A stretch of 64,000 nt of DNA, from assembly GCA_963804345.1 (NCBI GenBank), contig CAWDPX010000004.1, positions 320,181-384,180 on the forward strand, read 5' to 3'. Shown piece by piece: positions 45,580-54,405 of the stretch (its first letter is position 1; every line of letters begins with the position of its first letter). The notes under the pieces were generated by a model, which saw only the letters and a program-made list of their open reading frames with translations, did no database searches and was not told where the DNA came from. The stretch is from an uncultured Verrucomicrobiae bacterium. Lineage in GTDB: Bacteria > Verrucomicrobiota > Verrucomicrobiia > Limisphaerales > UBA11358. The position numbers and the translations under genes are program-made.

Positions 45580-46073
45580 AAGACCTGGAGTGCCGTCCGC
45601 CGGTGGAAGGCGATATTGCCGCGCTTTGCCGCGAATTGAACCGGCGGGGCGCGAAATATGTGGTCGTAGGCGGATTTGCAATCATCGCGGCGGGGTTTCC
45701 GCGTTTTACGGGTGATGTTGATTTGATCGTGGCCGCCGATGCGGAAAATGAAGCGAAAGTATTTTCCGCTCTTTCCACCTTGCCCGATAATGCTGTGCGC
45801 GATCTTCAGCCCGGCGAATTGCAACAATACAATGTCATCCGCGTGGGCGATGAAATTCTCGTGGATTTGATGCGTTCGGCGGGCGGCATTGATTATGCCG
45901 AAGCGGCGAAGGATGTTGTCGTGCGTGAATTGGCTGGCGTGCCGATTCCCTTTGCCTCACCGCGGCTGCTCTGGCGCATGAAGGCCGTCACGCATCGGGC
46001 AAAGGATGCCGGCGACCTGGTTTTTCTTCGCCAATGGTTTGCCGAACGCGGGGAACAGCCGCCGCACGTTTAA
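45543..46073 (+). CDS. nucleotidyltransferase-fold protein (minimal NTase-like)
   Basis: KYVVVGGFAIIAAGFPRFTGDVDLIV; C-terminal LLWRMKAVTHRAKDAGDLVFL. Confidence 0.55.
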   Translation: MDDQNAGAKRDVKDLECRPPVEGDIAALCRELNRRGAKYVVVGGFAIIAAGFPRFTGDVDLIVAADAENEAKVFSALSTLPDNAVRDLQPGELQQYNVIRVGDEILVDLMRSAGGIDYAEAAKDVVVRELAGVPIPFASPRLLWRMKAVTHRAKDAGDLVFLRQWFAERGEQPPHV

Positions 46074-46166
46074 GCCGGCTTCTTTTACAAGCCATTTTTC
46101 CAGAATTCAGGCGTTGACAGCCCGGCGCGGTTCTGGCTTAATACCCGACCCTTTGCGGGTCAATTT

Positions 46167-46478
46167 ATGTACGCCGTTTTAGAAACCGGTAGCAAACAGT
46201 ATCGTGTGGCCGCGGGCGACACGCTGGAAATCGAACGTCTGGCCGTCGAGGCCGGCAAACCGTTCACGTTTGACCGCGTGTTGCTGGTCAATCGCGACGG
46301 CAAGGTTGCGGTCGGCTCGCCCACCGTCAGCGGCGCCAGCGTGCTGGCCGACGTGGTGGCGCACAAACGCGGCGAGAAAAAACTCACTTTCAAGATGAAA
46401 CGCCGCAAGGGCTATCACAAAACAATCGGTCATCGCCAGGAATTAACGGTGGTCAAGATCACGGAAATCAAAGGCTGA
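46167..46478 (+). CDS. rplU: 50S ribosomal protein L21
   Basis: [25 protein letters not shown]...[11 protein letters not shown]. Confidence 0.97.
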   Translation: MYAVLETGSKQYRVAAGDTLEIERLAVEAGKPFTFDRVLLVNRDGKVAVGSPTVSGASVLADVVAHKRGEKKLTFKMKRRKGYHKTIGHRQELTVVKITEIKG

Positions 46479-46482
46479 TTTT

Positions 46483-46743
46483 ATGGCACATAAGAAAGGT
46501 CAAGGCAGCATCCGCAACGGCCGCGACAGCGTCAGCAAACGGCTCGGCGTGAAAACGTACGGCGGCGAATCGGTCACCGCCGGTAGCATCATTGTCCGGC
46601 AGCGCGGCACGAAGTTTGTGGCGGGCGAAAACGTCGGCACCGGCCGCGATTGGACGCTCTTCGCGCTCGTGGACGGTAAAATCGCCTTCGACAAAAATGG
46701 ACGGCGCGTGAATGTGAAGACCGAACCCGCCGCGAAGAATTAA
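46483..46743 (+). CDS. rpmA: 50S ribosomal protein L27
   Basis: [29 protein letters not shown]...[10 protein letters not shown]. Confidence 0.97.
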   Translation: MAHKKGQGSIRNGRDSVSKRLGVKTYGGESVTAGSIIVRQRGTKFVAGENVGTGRDWTLFALVDGKIAFDKNGRRVNVKTEPAAKN

Positions 46744-46764
46744 CCGGGCACCAATGAATTTCCC

Positions 46765-46791
46765 GGCGAGGCCACGCGCCTCGCCTTTTTT
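46765..46791 (+). terminator. intrinsic terminator after rpmA
   Basis: GGCGAGGC-cacgc-GCCTCGCC followed by TTTTTT. Confidence 0.7.
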
Positions 46792-46899
46792 GTTTCAGGA
46801 AACCAATTTGAATAAGGAAACCATGAAACCAGGAATCAGACCGAACTAATTTTATCTTCATGGTTTCCTGGTCTCCTTATAAAATCTTTTGGACCGTTC

Positions 46900-48102
46900 A
46901 TGTTTGTTGACGAAATAAAAATTTACACGCGCGCGGGGCACGGCGGCAAAGGCTGCATCGCATTTCATCGCGAGGCTTACATCGCCAAGGGCGGGCCGAG
47001 CGGCGGCAACGGCGGGCGCGGCGGCAGCGTGATTTTGCAGACCGACCACGACCTCAACAATCTCATCGCCCAGTATTATCAGCCGCGCCTCATCGCCCAG
47101 GCCGGCGAGCCGGGTTTCGGCAAGGGCATGGACGGCCACGCGGGCAAGGACCTCGTCGTGAAAGTCCCCTGCGGCACGCTGGTGTGGCGGTTGCCGTCAG
47201 TGACAAATCCAGGGGGCAATTTCGAGGGCGAGCCGTCTCCGTTACACTTCACCGCGCCAAGGGACGAAAACGAAAAGCCTGCTTTTAAAACCAGCGCGAG
47301 CAAACGGCCATTGATTCGCAGTGCCAGCGGCGGGCAGGCGCAGGAAATTGATTTGAGCCGGGAAGATGTTGGAGAATTTTCCGCCGGCAATTTGGTAAAG
47401 GGCGAGCTGGTCGCCGATTTGACTGAAAACGGGCAGCAATTCGTGATTTGCAAAGGCGGTCGTGGTGGATTGGGCAACCGGAACTTTGCGACGGCCGCGC
47501 GCCAGACGCCGCGTTTCGCCCAGCCGGGCGAGCCGGGCGAGGAAGGCGATTATCTTCTGGAGTTGCGCATCATGGCCGAAGTCGGGCTGGTCGGCTATCC
47601 CAACGCGGGCAAGTCCACGCTGCTCACGGCCATTTCCAAGGCGCGGCCAAAAGTCGCGCCGTATCCGTTCACCACGCTGCACCCGCAGATTGGCATCGTG
47701 GAATATACCGACTGGCATCGGCTCACGGTTTGCGACGTGCCGGGTTTGATTGAAGGCGCGCACAAAAACGTCGGGCTCGGCCACGAGTTTCTGCGCCACA
47801 TCGAGCGCTGCAAAATTCTGGTGCTGCTGCTCGACATGGCCGGCACGGATAATCGCGCGCCGTGGGACGATTACAAACAATTGCTAAAGGAACTGGAGCT
47901 TTACGACCCGGCTCTGCTGGAAAAACCGCGGCTGGTGATGGCGAACAAAATGGATGAGGCGGCGGCCGAAAAGAATTTGAGGCAGTTCAAAAAGAAATTC
48001 AAAAAGGTTTCATTGCTGCCGATTTCCGCCGCATTTGATCAAGGCATCGAGAAATTCAGGGAAACCATTCGCGAGGCGGTCAAGGAAGCAACGGAAGATT
48101 AA
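46900..48102 (+). CDS. obgE: GTPase Obg/CgtA (with a ~70-aa insertion in the Obg fold)
   Basis: MFVDEIKIYTRAGHGGKGCIAFHRE, GGPSGGNGGRGGSV, GGRGGLGNRNF, GYPNAGKSTLL, DVPGLIEGA, NKMD. Confidence 0.93.
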   Translation: MFVDEIKIYTRAGHGGKGCIAFHREAYIAKGGPSGGNGGRGGSVILQTDHDLNNLIAQYYQPRLIAQAGEPGFGKGMDGHAGKDLVVKVPCGTLVWRLPSVTNPGGNFEGEPSPLHFTAPRDENEKPAFKTSASKRPLIRSASGGQAQEIDLSREDVGEFSAGNLVKGELVADLTENGQQFVICKGGRGGLGNRNFATAARQTPRFAQPGEPGEEGDYLLELRIMAEVGLVGYPNAGKSTLLTAISKARPKVAPYPFTTLHPQIGIVEYTDWHRLTVCDVPGLIEGAHKNVGLGHEFLRHIERCKILVLLLDMAGTDNRAPWDDYKQLLKELELYDPALLEKPRLVMANKMDEAAAEKNLRQFKKKFKKVSLLPISAAFDQGIEKFRETIREAVKEATED

Positions 48103-48202
48103 AATTGGCAGGGCTGTGCGGCAGCGCAGCCTGCAAACCCGGCGGCGAAGCAGTGTCGTCCCAATTTCGAGGCAGAGCGGCAGCTCTGCCCTGCCGTACA
48201 AT

Positions 48203-48775
48203 TCAACCGCACTCGAAAAAACGCATCAGGCTGTCGCCATGCTTGAGCAGTTTCACTTCACGCCAGGGTGCGACGATGTCCAGCGTGTCGCGCTTGGTGT
48301 GGCCGAGAACGAACCGCCCGCCGGGCGCGAGCAATTTCGGCAAATTGTGGTCATCGAGGAGTTGCTGCGCGAAAGAGGTCGAACGGCGGCCCACGTTTTT
48401 TTCGCCGTGGGGCGGGTCGGCTAGAATCAAATCAAATTGCCGTTCGCTTTCCGCGAATTGCGCCAGCGCGGTGAATACGTCCTGCACGCGCACGTCAAGC
48501 GAGCCGCCGAGATCCGCCGCGTCCGCGTTGGCCCGGATAAATCCGGCATGCTTGTGTGATTTCTCGATGCACATGGCCGACACCGCGCCGCGGCTCAGGC
48601 AATCCAGGCTCAACGCGCCTGTGCCGGCAAACAGTTCCAGCACGCGGGCGCCCACGACCCGCGCGCCAAGGCTGTTGAAGACCGCCTGCTTGACGAGGTC
48701 GGGCGTGGGACGCACGGCCAGGCCTTTCGGTGTTTTCAAAATCCGCCGTGCCGCGTTGCCGCCGGTAATGCGCAT
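48203..48775 (-). CDS. rsmD: 16S rRNA (guanine966-N2)-methyltransferase RsmD
   Basis: MRITGGNAARRILKTPKGLAVRPTPDLVKQAVFNSLG, LELFAGTGALSLDCLSRGA, ILADPP. Confidence 0.85.
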   Translation of the reverse strand: MRITGGNAARRILKTPKGLAVRPTPDLVKQAVFNSLGARVVGARVLELFAGTGALSLDCLSRGAVSAMCIEKSHKHAGFIRANADAADLGGSLDVRVQDVFTALAQFAESERQFDLILADPPHGEKNVGRRSTSFAQQLLDDHNLPKLLAPGGRFVLGHTKRDTLDIVAPWREVKLLKHGDSLMRFFECG

Positions 48776-48858
48776 GGTGAATTTTTACCACGAAATACTC
48801 GAACCACACGAAAATTTATCCGTGTCCTTCCGTGTCCTTCCGTGTTTAAATTATTTCC

Positions 48859-50682
48859 GTGCTGCCGAACAAACAGATTGAACTGAAATTGCAACAAGCC
48901 GTCCGCACGGTCCTGCCGGACGCGGATGCCTCCGCCGTTCTCGCCCGTCCGTGTCCCGATCCGAAATTCGGCGATTACCAAAGCAACGCGCTGATGTCGC
49001 TGGCCAAGTCGCGGAAAATGAATCCACGCCAACTCGCCACCGATGTGCTTTCCAAACTCGACGTCGCTGATTGGTGTGAGAAGGTGGAAATCGCCGGCGC
49101 CGGCTTCCTGAATTTCCGATTGAAAAGCTCCGCGCTCGCCAGCGCACTTCAATCTGCCGTCCGCGGCGAGCACCTTTTTTTCGATAAGACCGCGAGTCCG
49201 CGAACCGCCGTGATTGATTTCAGTTCGCCGAACGTGGCCAAGCCGATGCACGTGGGCCACATTCGCTCCACGATCCTCGGAGACAGCCTCGCGCGCACGC
49301 TGCGTCTGCTCGGCCACCGGGTCATCACCGACAACCACATCGGCGACTGGGGCACGCAGTTCGGCATGTTGCTGCTCGGCTGGAAACATCATCTCAAGCC
49401 CGACGGCTTGAAGGCCGATCCCATCGGCGAGATGGAGCGGCTCTATAAAATGGTCAGCGCCACCAGCGAAACCATGGAAACCGTCCGGGACGCCGCCCGC
49501 CAGGAACTCGTCAAGCTCCAGGGCGGTGATGCTGAAAACCTGAAGATCTGGCACGAGATGATTGCGCTGTCGCAACAGCAGTTTGACACGATTTACGGGC
49601 GGCTGGGCGTGAAGTTCGACCACACCTTCGGCGAAAGTTTTTACAATCCGCGCCTCAAACCGCTGGTGGACGAACTCGTCGCCAGAGGCATCGCGCGCGA
49701 AAGCGAGGGCGCGATTGCCATTTTCTTCGACGATCCGTCCCTGCTCAAGGAACAGCCCGCGCTCATCCGCAAGAGCGACGGCGGGTTCAATTACACGACC
49801 ACGGACCTGGCCACGCTAGCGTACCGGCTGGAAACCTGGCGGCCGGATGAAATCATTTACGTCACCGACGGCCGGCAGCAACTGCATTTCCAGCAGGTCT
49901 TCACCGCGTTCCGCAAATGGCAATCCGTTCTTTCGGAGGGGCGAGTTACACGAGTCCCCAATTCACAAGCCCTTGATTTTTCCGGCGAAAACAGTTTGGG
50001 TCTCTCGGAGCTCGCCCCTCCGAAAAATGAGGCGAAACTGGCGCACGTCTGGTTCGGCTCGATTCTCGGTGAGGACGGCAAGCCGTTTAAAACCCGCAGC
50101 GGCGAGACGGTGAAGCTGTCGGATCTGCTCGACGAAGCGGAGGCGCGGGCCCTTAAACTTGTTTCCGAAAAGAATCCGGCCCTGCCGGAGGCGCAACGCC
50201 GCGAAATTGCGCGGGTCGTCGGGCTGGGCGCCGTGAAATACGCCGATCTGCTGCCGAATCGCCAGAGCGATTACGTATTCAGTTGGGACAAGATGCTGGC
50301 GCTGCAAGGCAACACCGCGCCGTATCTGCAATACGCCTACGCGCGGATTAAAAGTATCTTTCGCAAAATCGGGGAAACTTCCAACTTCCAACCTCCAACA
50401 GCCAGCATCCACTTGGCCGCGCCGGAAGAATTTGCGCTGGCCAAGCATTTGTTGAATTTTGGGCTGACGCTGGAAGCGGTGGCGGAGGAATATCGGCCGA
50501 ATTTTTTGTGCAATTATCTCTACGAACTGGCCGGCAAGTTTACGTCTTTTTACGAAAATTGCCCCGTGCTCAAGGCCGACGACGCCACGCGCACGAGCCG
50601 GCTGGCGCTGTGTGACCTGACCGCCCGGGTTTTGAAGCGGGGTCTGGACGTCCTCGGCATCGAAACCGTCGAGCAGATGTAG
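48859..50682 (+). CDS. argS: arginine--tRNA ligase
   Basis: SSPNVAKPMHVGHIRSTILGD (HIGH), ..TRSGETVKL.., anticodon-binding C-terminus ..GIETVEQM. GTG start. Confidence 0.95.
   Translation: MLPNKQIELKLQQAVRTVLPDADASAVLARPCPDPKFGDYQSNALMSLAKSRKMNPRQLATDVLSKLDVADWCEKVEIAGAGFLNFRLKSSALASALQSAVRGEHLFFDKTASPRTAVIDFSSPNVAKPMHVGHIRSTILGDSLARTLRLLGHRVITDNHIGDWGTQFGMLLLGWKHHLKPDGLKADPIGEMERLYKMVSATSETMETVRDAARQELVKLQGGDAENLKIWHEMIALSQQQFDTIYGRLGVKFDHTFGESFYNPRLKPLVDELVARGIARESEGAIAIFFDDPSLLKEQPALIRKSDGGFNYTTTDLATLAYRLETWRPDEIIYVTDGRQQLHFQQVFTAFRKWQSVLSEGRVTRVPNSQALDFSGENSLGLSELAPPKNEAKLAHVWFGSILGEDGKPFKTRSGETVKLSDLLDEAEARALKLVSEKNPALPEAQRREIARVVGLGAVKYADLLPNRQSDYVFSWDKMLALQGNTAPYLQYAYARIKSIFRKIGETSNFQPPTASIHLAAPEEFALAKHLLNFGLTLEAVAEEYRPNFLCNYLYELAGKFTSFYENCPVLKADDATRTSRLALCDLTARVLKRGLDVLGIETVEQM
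49932..50024 (+). repeat. palindromic MITE/RPE-like element, full copy (93 bp), in frame within argS
   Basis: TTCGGAGGGGCGAGttacacgagtccccaatt...tttgggtctctcggagCTCGCCCCTCCGAA. Translated as SEGRVTRVPNSQALDFSGENSLGLSELAPPK. Confidence 0.75.
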
Positions 50683-50829
50683 GTGTGGTTTTGTGAATAA
50701 GGTGTTAGTAATTTTTCCGGCTGGGGACTTGAACTCCCCGCATTTTTTCCCAAGGATGTTCTTGTCTTTTTAAGTGGCTTTCTAAACCTAGAGCTGTTTG
50801 AAAAGCAGTATTCAGAAAGGTAAAATTCT

Positions 50830-51648
50830 ATGAAAAAATTTGTTGTATATTTAGCCGTTGTTTTGTTGTTCTCCAGTCCAAGAACTTTCGCCACGACAGT
50901 CTTTTCGGACAATTTTGATTCTTATGTAAACGGGAATCTGGCGGGCACCTCTCAAGACGCATTGGGCCAGGGAACCTGGCGTCAAACCAGCACGTCGGCC
51001 ACAACCCCGATCCAGGTCGTCAATGGCGCAATTGCCCTCGGCTCCTCCGGGCAGGACGTATATTCGCCCTTGACCACGCCGACAATTTTATCCGACGGAC
51101 AAAGCATCTATTTTAGCCTGGCCATTAATGTTTCCGCCGCACAATCCGGCGGCGATTATTTTTTGCATTTTTCCCCGAACGCCGGTAATTCCTCTCTTTT
51201 TTACAGCCGCTTGTTTATCAAATCCGTCACGGGCGGTTTTGAGCTGGGTTGGCTGGGAACGAGCGGCGGAACCGGCCTCCCCACTTATGGAACTTCTGTG
51301 TTGAGTTTGAACACCCCTTACCAGGTGGTCATGGCATATAATTATTCCGCCACCACGCCAACCAATTCCACCGGCGCTGTATATGTCAACCCGACGGATC
51401 CTAATATCGGCAACAACACGGCTTACTTGACGGCCAACTGGCTTACCACCGCAACCCCGGATACCAATTCGATTGCGGCGGTGAATTTTCGCCAGGGATC
51501 GGCCGGAAGTGCTCCAACTTTGACGGTGGATAATCTGGTCGTGGCAACTTCTTTTTCTGACGTGGTGACAGTTCCAGAGCCGTCCACTCTCGTTTTGGCT
51601 GGACTGGGCGGGCTGGCGTTTCTAGGTGCCCTGCGGCGCAAACGCTGA
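50830..51648 (+). CDS. PEP-CTERM sorting-domain secreted protein
   Basis: Signal peptide. C-terminal VPEPSTLVLAGLGGLAFLGALRRKR. Confidence 0.85.
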   Translation: MKKFVVYLAVVLLFSSPRTFATTVFSDNFDSYVNGNLAGTSQDALGQGTWRQTSTSATTPIQVVNGAIALGSSGQDVYSPLTTPTILSDGQSIYFSLAINVSAAQSGGDYFLHFSPNAGNSSLFYSRLFIKSVTGGFELGWLGTSGGTGLPTYGTSVLSLNTPYQVVMAYNYSATTPTNSTGAVYVNPTDPNIGNNTAYLTANWLTTATPDTNSIAAVNFRQGSAGSAPTLTVDNLVVATSFSDVVTVPEPSTLVLAGLGGLAFLGALRRKR

Positions 51649-51669
51649 TTTTCCCACGCAACAAAGGAA

Positions 51670-51700
51670 AGAGCCGGATTCTCCGGCTCTTTTCTTTTTT
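51670..51700 (+). terminator. intrinsic terminator after the PEP-CTERM gene
   Basis: AGAGCCGGA-ttc-TCCGGCTCT followed by tttctttttt. Confidence 0.75.
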
Positions 51701-51730
51701 CTCCGCCGGAGGAATGGTGTAACCCGACTG

Positions 51731-51780
51731 CTCGGGTTTTGAAGCTGGGGCTGGACGTTCCCGGCATCAAAATTGTCGAG
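51731..51780 (+). repeat. degenerate relic copy of the argS 3' end
   Basis: 42 of 50 positions (counted by hand) match argS 50624-50673: ctcgggttttgaagctggggctggacgttcccggcatcaaaattgtcgag. Confidence 0.6.
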
Positions 51781-51793
51781 TTGCTGTGTTTCC

Positions 51794-52903
51794 CTAACTC
51801 AACCGCATGGGCATGACGACATAGAGGAACGGGCCGTTGATCTTGAGAACGCCGGGGCTGAGTTCGTCAATCAATTCGAAGAACACCTCATCCTCGGTCA
51901 ACGAATTGAGCGGGTCGATGAGATAGCGCGGATTGAAGGCGATGGCGATTTCCTTTCCTTTGTAGTTCACCGCCAGGGTTTCCCGCGCCTCGCCGACCTC
52001 CGGCGAATTGGCGGTGATGGCGAGGTTGTTTTTGCCGAAGGTGAGCTTGACGGAATTGGCCTTTTCGCTGGTCATGATTTCGGCGCGGCGCAGGGCCTGC
52101 AGAAACTCCTCGCGATTGAGCGGCACACGCTCCTTGACCTCGGCGGGTATGACCTGGCGGTAATTCGGGTAATTGCCTTCGATTAATTTCGTGATGACGA
52201 GCACGGAAAATCCCTTGTCGTCCTTGAGCGCGAACGACGCCTGGTTCTCGCCAAACTTGATTTCCACATCGCCTTTTTCCTGGAGCAGGCGGTTCAATTC
52301 TGTCACCGCTTTGGCCGGCACTATGAAATCGCCGCTGCTTTTTTCGGCAATGTCCACTTCTTCATCCACCAGCGCGAGCCGGCGGCCGTCCGTGGCGACC
52401 ATGGTCATTTTATGGTCTTTCAGACTGATAAAAATGCCATTGAGAACGTAACGCGATTCATCGGTGGACACGGCGAACGAGGTCTTGCGCATCATCGCCT
52501 TTACGGTTTCCTGGGGCAGGGAAACTTTTTTATCATCCTTGAATTTTGGCAAGGGTGGAAACTCATCCGCCCCCAAGCCGTTGATTTTATAAAAAGAGGC
52601 ATTACACCGGATGCTGGTGACGTTTTTATCGTCGGTCTCGATGTCTATTTCATTGCCGCCCAATTCCCGGACGATGCCAAACAGCTTTTTCACCGGGACG
52701 GTGGTGCTGCCGCCCTTTTTAACCTTTGCTTCAACCTTGCAAGCAACCGTCACATCCAGGTCCGTTGCGGTAAATTCCACACGGTCGCCCTCGGCGCGCA
52801 TCAGCACATTTGAAAGAATGGGCAGCGTCGTGCGTGTGCTGACGACATTTTGAACAGCTTGCAGGCCGATGAGAATTTGATCCTTGGCAATGGTAAGGTT
52901 CAT
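51794..52903 (-). CDS. dnaN: DNA polymerase III beta sliding clamp
   Basis: MNLTIAKDQILIGLQAVQNVVSTRTTLPILSNVLMRAEGD...ATDGRRLA...MPMRL. Confidence 0.95.
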   Translation of the reverse strand: MNLTIAKDQILIGLQAVQNVVSTRTTLPILSNVLMRAEGDRVEFTATDLDVTVACKVEAKVKKGGSTTVPVKKLFGIVRELGGNEIDIETDDKNVTSIRCNASFYKINGLGADEFPPLPKFKDDKKVSLPQETVKAMMRKTSFAVSTDESRYVLNGIFISLKDHKMTMVATDGRRLALVDEEVDIAEKSSGDFIVPAKAVTELNRLLQEKGDVEIKFGENQASFALKDDKGFSVLVITKLIEGNYPNYRQVIPAEVKERVPLNREEFLQALRRAEIMTSEKANSVKLTFGKNNLAITANSPEVGEARETLAVNYKGKEIAIAFNPRYLIDPLNSLTEDEVFFELIDELSPGVLKINGPFLYVVMPMRLS

Positions 52904-52954
52904 GCGCGTTTAATAGTAATTCTTTCCAGATATTAAATTATCCGTATTAAGGGC

Positions 52955-53072
52955 TGTGAATAAAGCAAACAACTTTAAATGTCAAGGCGGCTACTGGGTT
53001 TTGTAAAGGAAAGAAAGACGAGAAACGCCGGATTTTAAAAACGTAAAGCTCTCAAAGTGGGAGTTTTCCACA
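52955..53072. promoter_or_regulatory. AT-rich dnaN upstream region with two DnaA-box-like 9-mers
   Basis: tgtgaataa (52955-52963; reverse complement TTATTCACA) and ttttccaca (53064-53072) both fit TTWTNCACA. Confidence 0.4.
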
Positions 53073-53086
53073 CAGTTCTCATTCCA

Positions 53087-54259
53087 TTAACAGGAAAAGG
53101 ACGGGTTATTTCCCAGTTGTGCCCGACGGACAATTTCAGGCAACAATTGTCCGACCCGAACAACCTCCTGCGCTGTCGAATCTCGCCCCAGGGAAAAGCG
53201 CACGAGCGAATTTGCCTGGGCCCGCCGGCCCAAAGCGACAATCACGTGCGAAGGTTCGAGGGAACCCGCCGAACAAGCCGAACCGCTTGAAGCACAAATG
53301 CCTTCCAGGTCCAGCCCGGCCAGCAGCGCAATGCTATCCGCACCGTGAACAATGAACGCAACCGTGTTCGCCAAAACTCGTTTGCGCGACCCGATCAAAA
53401 CCGCGCCGTCAATTTTCTCAATCTTTCCTGTCAATTTTGCCACCAGCGGAGCCAGCTTGGACCGGTCAAAGACCGGAGCTTTGACAAACCTTTCCATCGC
53501 TTCGACCAAACCGGCGATGCCCGCCAGATTTTCCGTCCCCGCCCGCCGTTCATTTTCATGCCCGCCGCCCAACAAAACCGGGTCGGGAAGCAACGGGGAC
53601 CGGATAAAAAGCAGGCCCGCCCCTTTCGGCCCGTGGAATTTGTGCGCACAGACCGAAACCAGGTCCGCGTTGAACTGGCCGACGGTTGCAAACGGTTCCT
53701 TGCCCATCCACTGGACCGCATCCGTGTGAAAAACAATTCCACGCTCCCGGCAAATCGCGCCGAGTTCAGCAACCGGCTGAATCGTGCCGATTTCATTGTT
53801 TGCCGCCATGATTGAAACCAGAATCGTGTCCGGGCGGATGGCTTTCATCAAATCATCCACGGAAACCAATCCTTCCGAATCCACCGGCAGCCGGGTGACC
53901 TCAAAACCTTCCGTATGCTCGAGGGAATCGAAGCAATTCAGCACCGCGTGGTGCTCAATGGCCGAAGTGATCAGGTGGCGGCCTTTCGGTTTGAGCCGCC
54001 GGGCTGTGCCGAAGATTGCGAGATTGTTGCTCTCAGTGCCGCCGCTGGTGAAAACGATTTCGCTGGTCTTCGCGCCGAGGACTTTGGCGGCGCGGTCGCG
54101 CGCGTCGTCGAGCAACGCCCTGGCGCGCCGCCCAACATGATGGACGGACGAAGGATTGCCCCAGATTTCGCCGAGAAACGGCAGCATTGCCTCGCGCACC
54201 GCCGGGTTGAGCGGCGCCGTGGCGTTGTAATCGAAGTAAATCGTCCGTGGCATCAACAC
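53087..54259 (-). CDS. cysteine desulfurase (NifS/IscS family)
   Basis: IYFDYNATAPL, FTSGGTESNN, CAHKFHGPKGAG (PLP Lys), SSGSACSAGSLEPSHV (active-site Cys). Confidence 0.9.
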   Translation of the reverse strand: MLMPRTIYFDYNATAPLNPAVREAMLPFLGEIWGNPSSVHHVGRRARALLDDARDRAAKVLGAKTSEIVFTSGGTESNNLAIFGTARRLKPKGRHLITSAIEHHAVLNCFDSLEHTEGFEVTRLPVDSEGLVSVDDLMKAIRPDTILVSIMAANNEIGTIQPVAELGAICRERGIVFHTDAVQWMGKEPFATVGQFNADLVSVCAHKFHGPKGAGLLFIRSPLLPDPVLLGGGHENERRAGTENLAGIAGLVEAMERFVKAPVFDRSKLAPLVAKLTGKIEKIDGAVLIGSRKRVLANTVAFIVHGADSIALLAGLDLEGICASSGSACSAGSLEPSHVIVALGRRAQANSLVRFSLGRDSTAQEVVRVGQLLPEIVRRAQLGNNPSFSC

Positions 54260-54326
54260 AGTCTGGGAGGAAACCGGCGCTTGGGACGAGTCAAAAATGC
54301 ACGGAGAAAAATACCGCAGGTTGCAA

Positions 54327-54354
54327 TTTACGATTTACGATTTACGATTTACGA
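54327..54354. repeat. tandem heptamer TTTACGA x4
   Basis: tttacgatttacgatttacgatttacga in the divergent intergenic region. A partner tcgtaaatc lies ~25 nt downstream. Confidence 0.8.
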
Positions 54355-54405
54355 AATTGCGGTCAAAAGCCGCGTCAATCGTAAATCAAACATCGAAAAT
54401 CCAAG

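Noticed and set aside
54327-54354. Possible CRISPR or other spaced array
   Set aside because: The units are only 7 nt, contiguous and without spacers. No CRISPR-like repeat-spacer architecture appears anywhere in the window.
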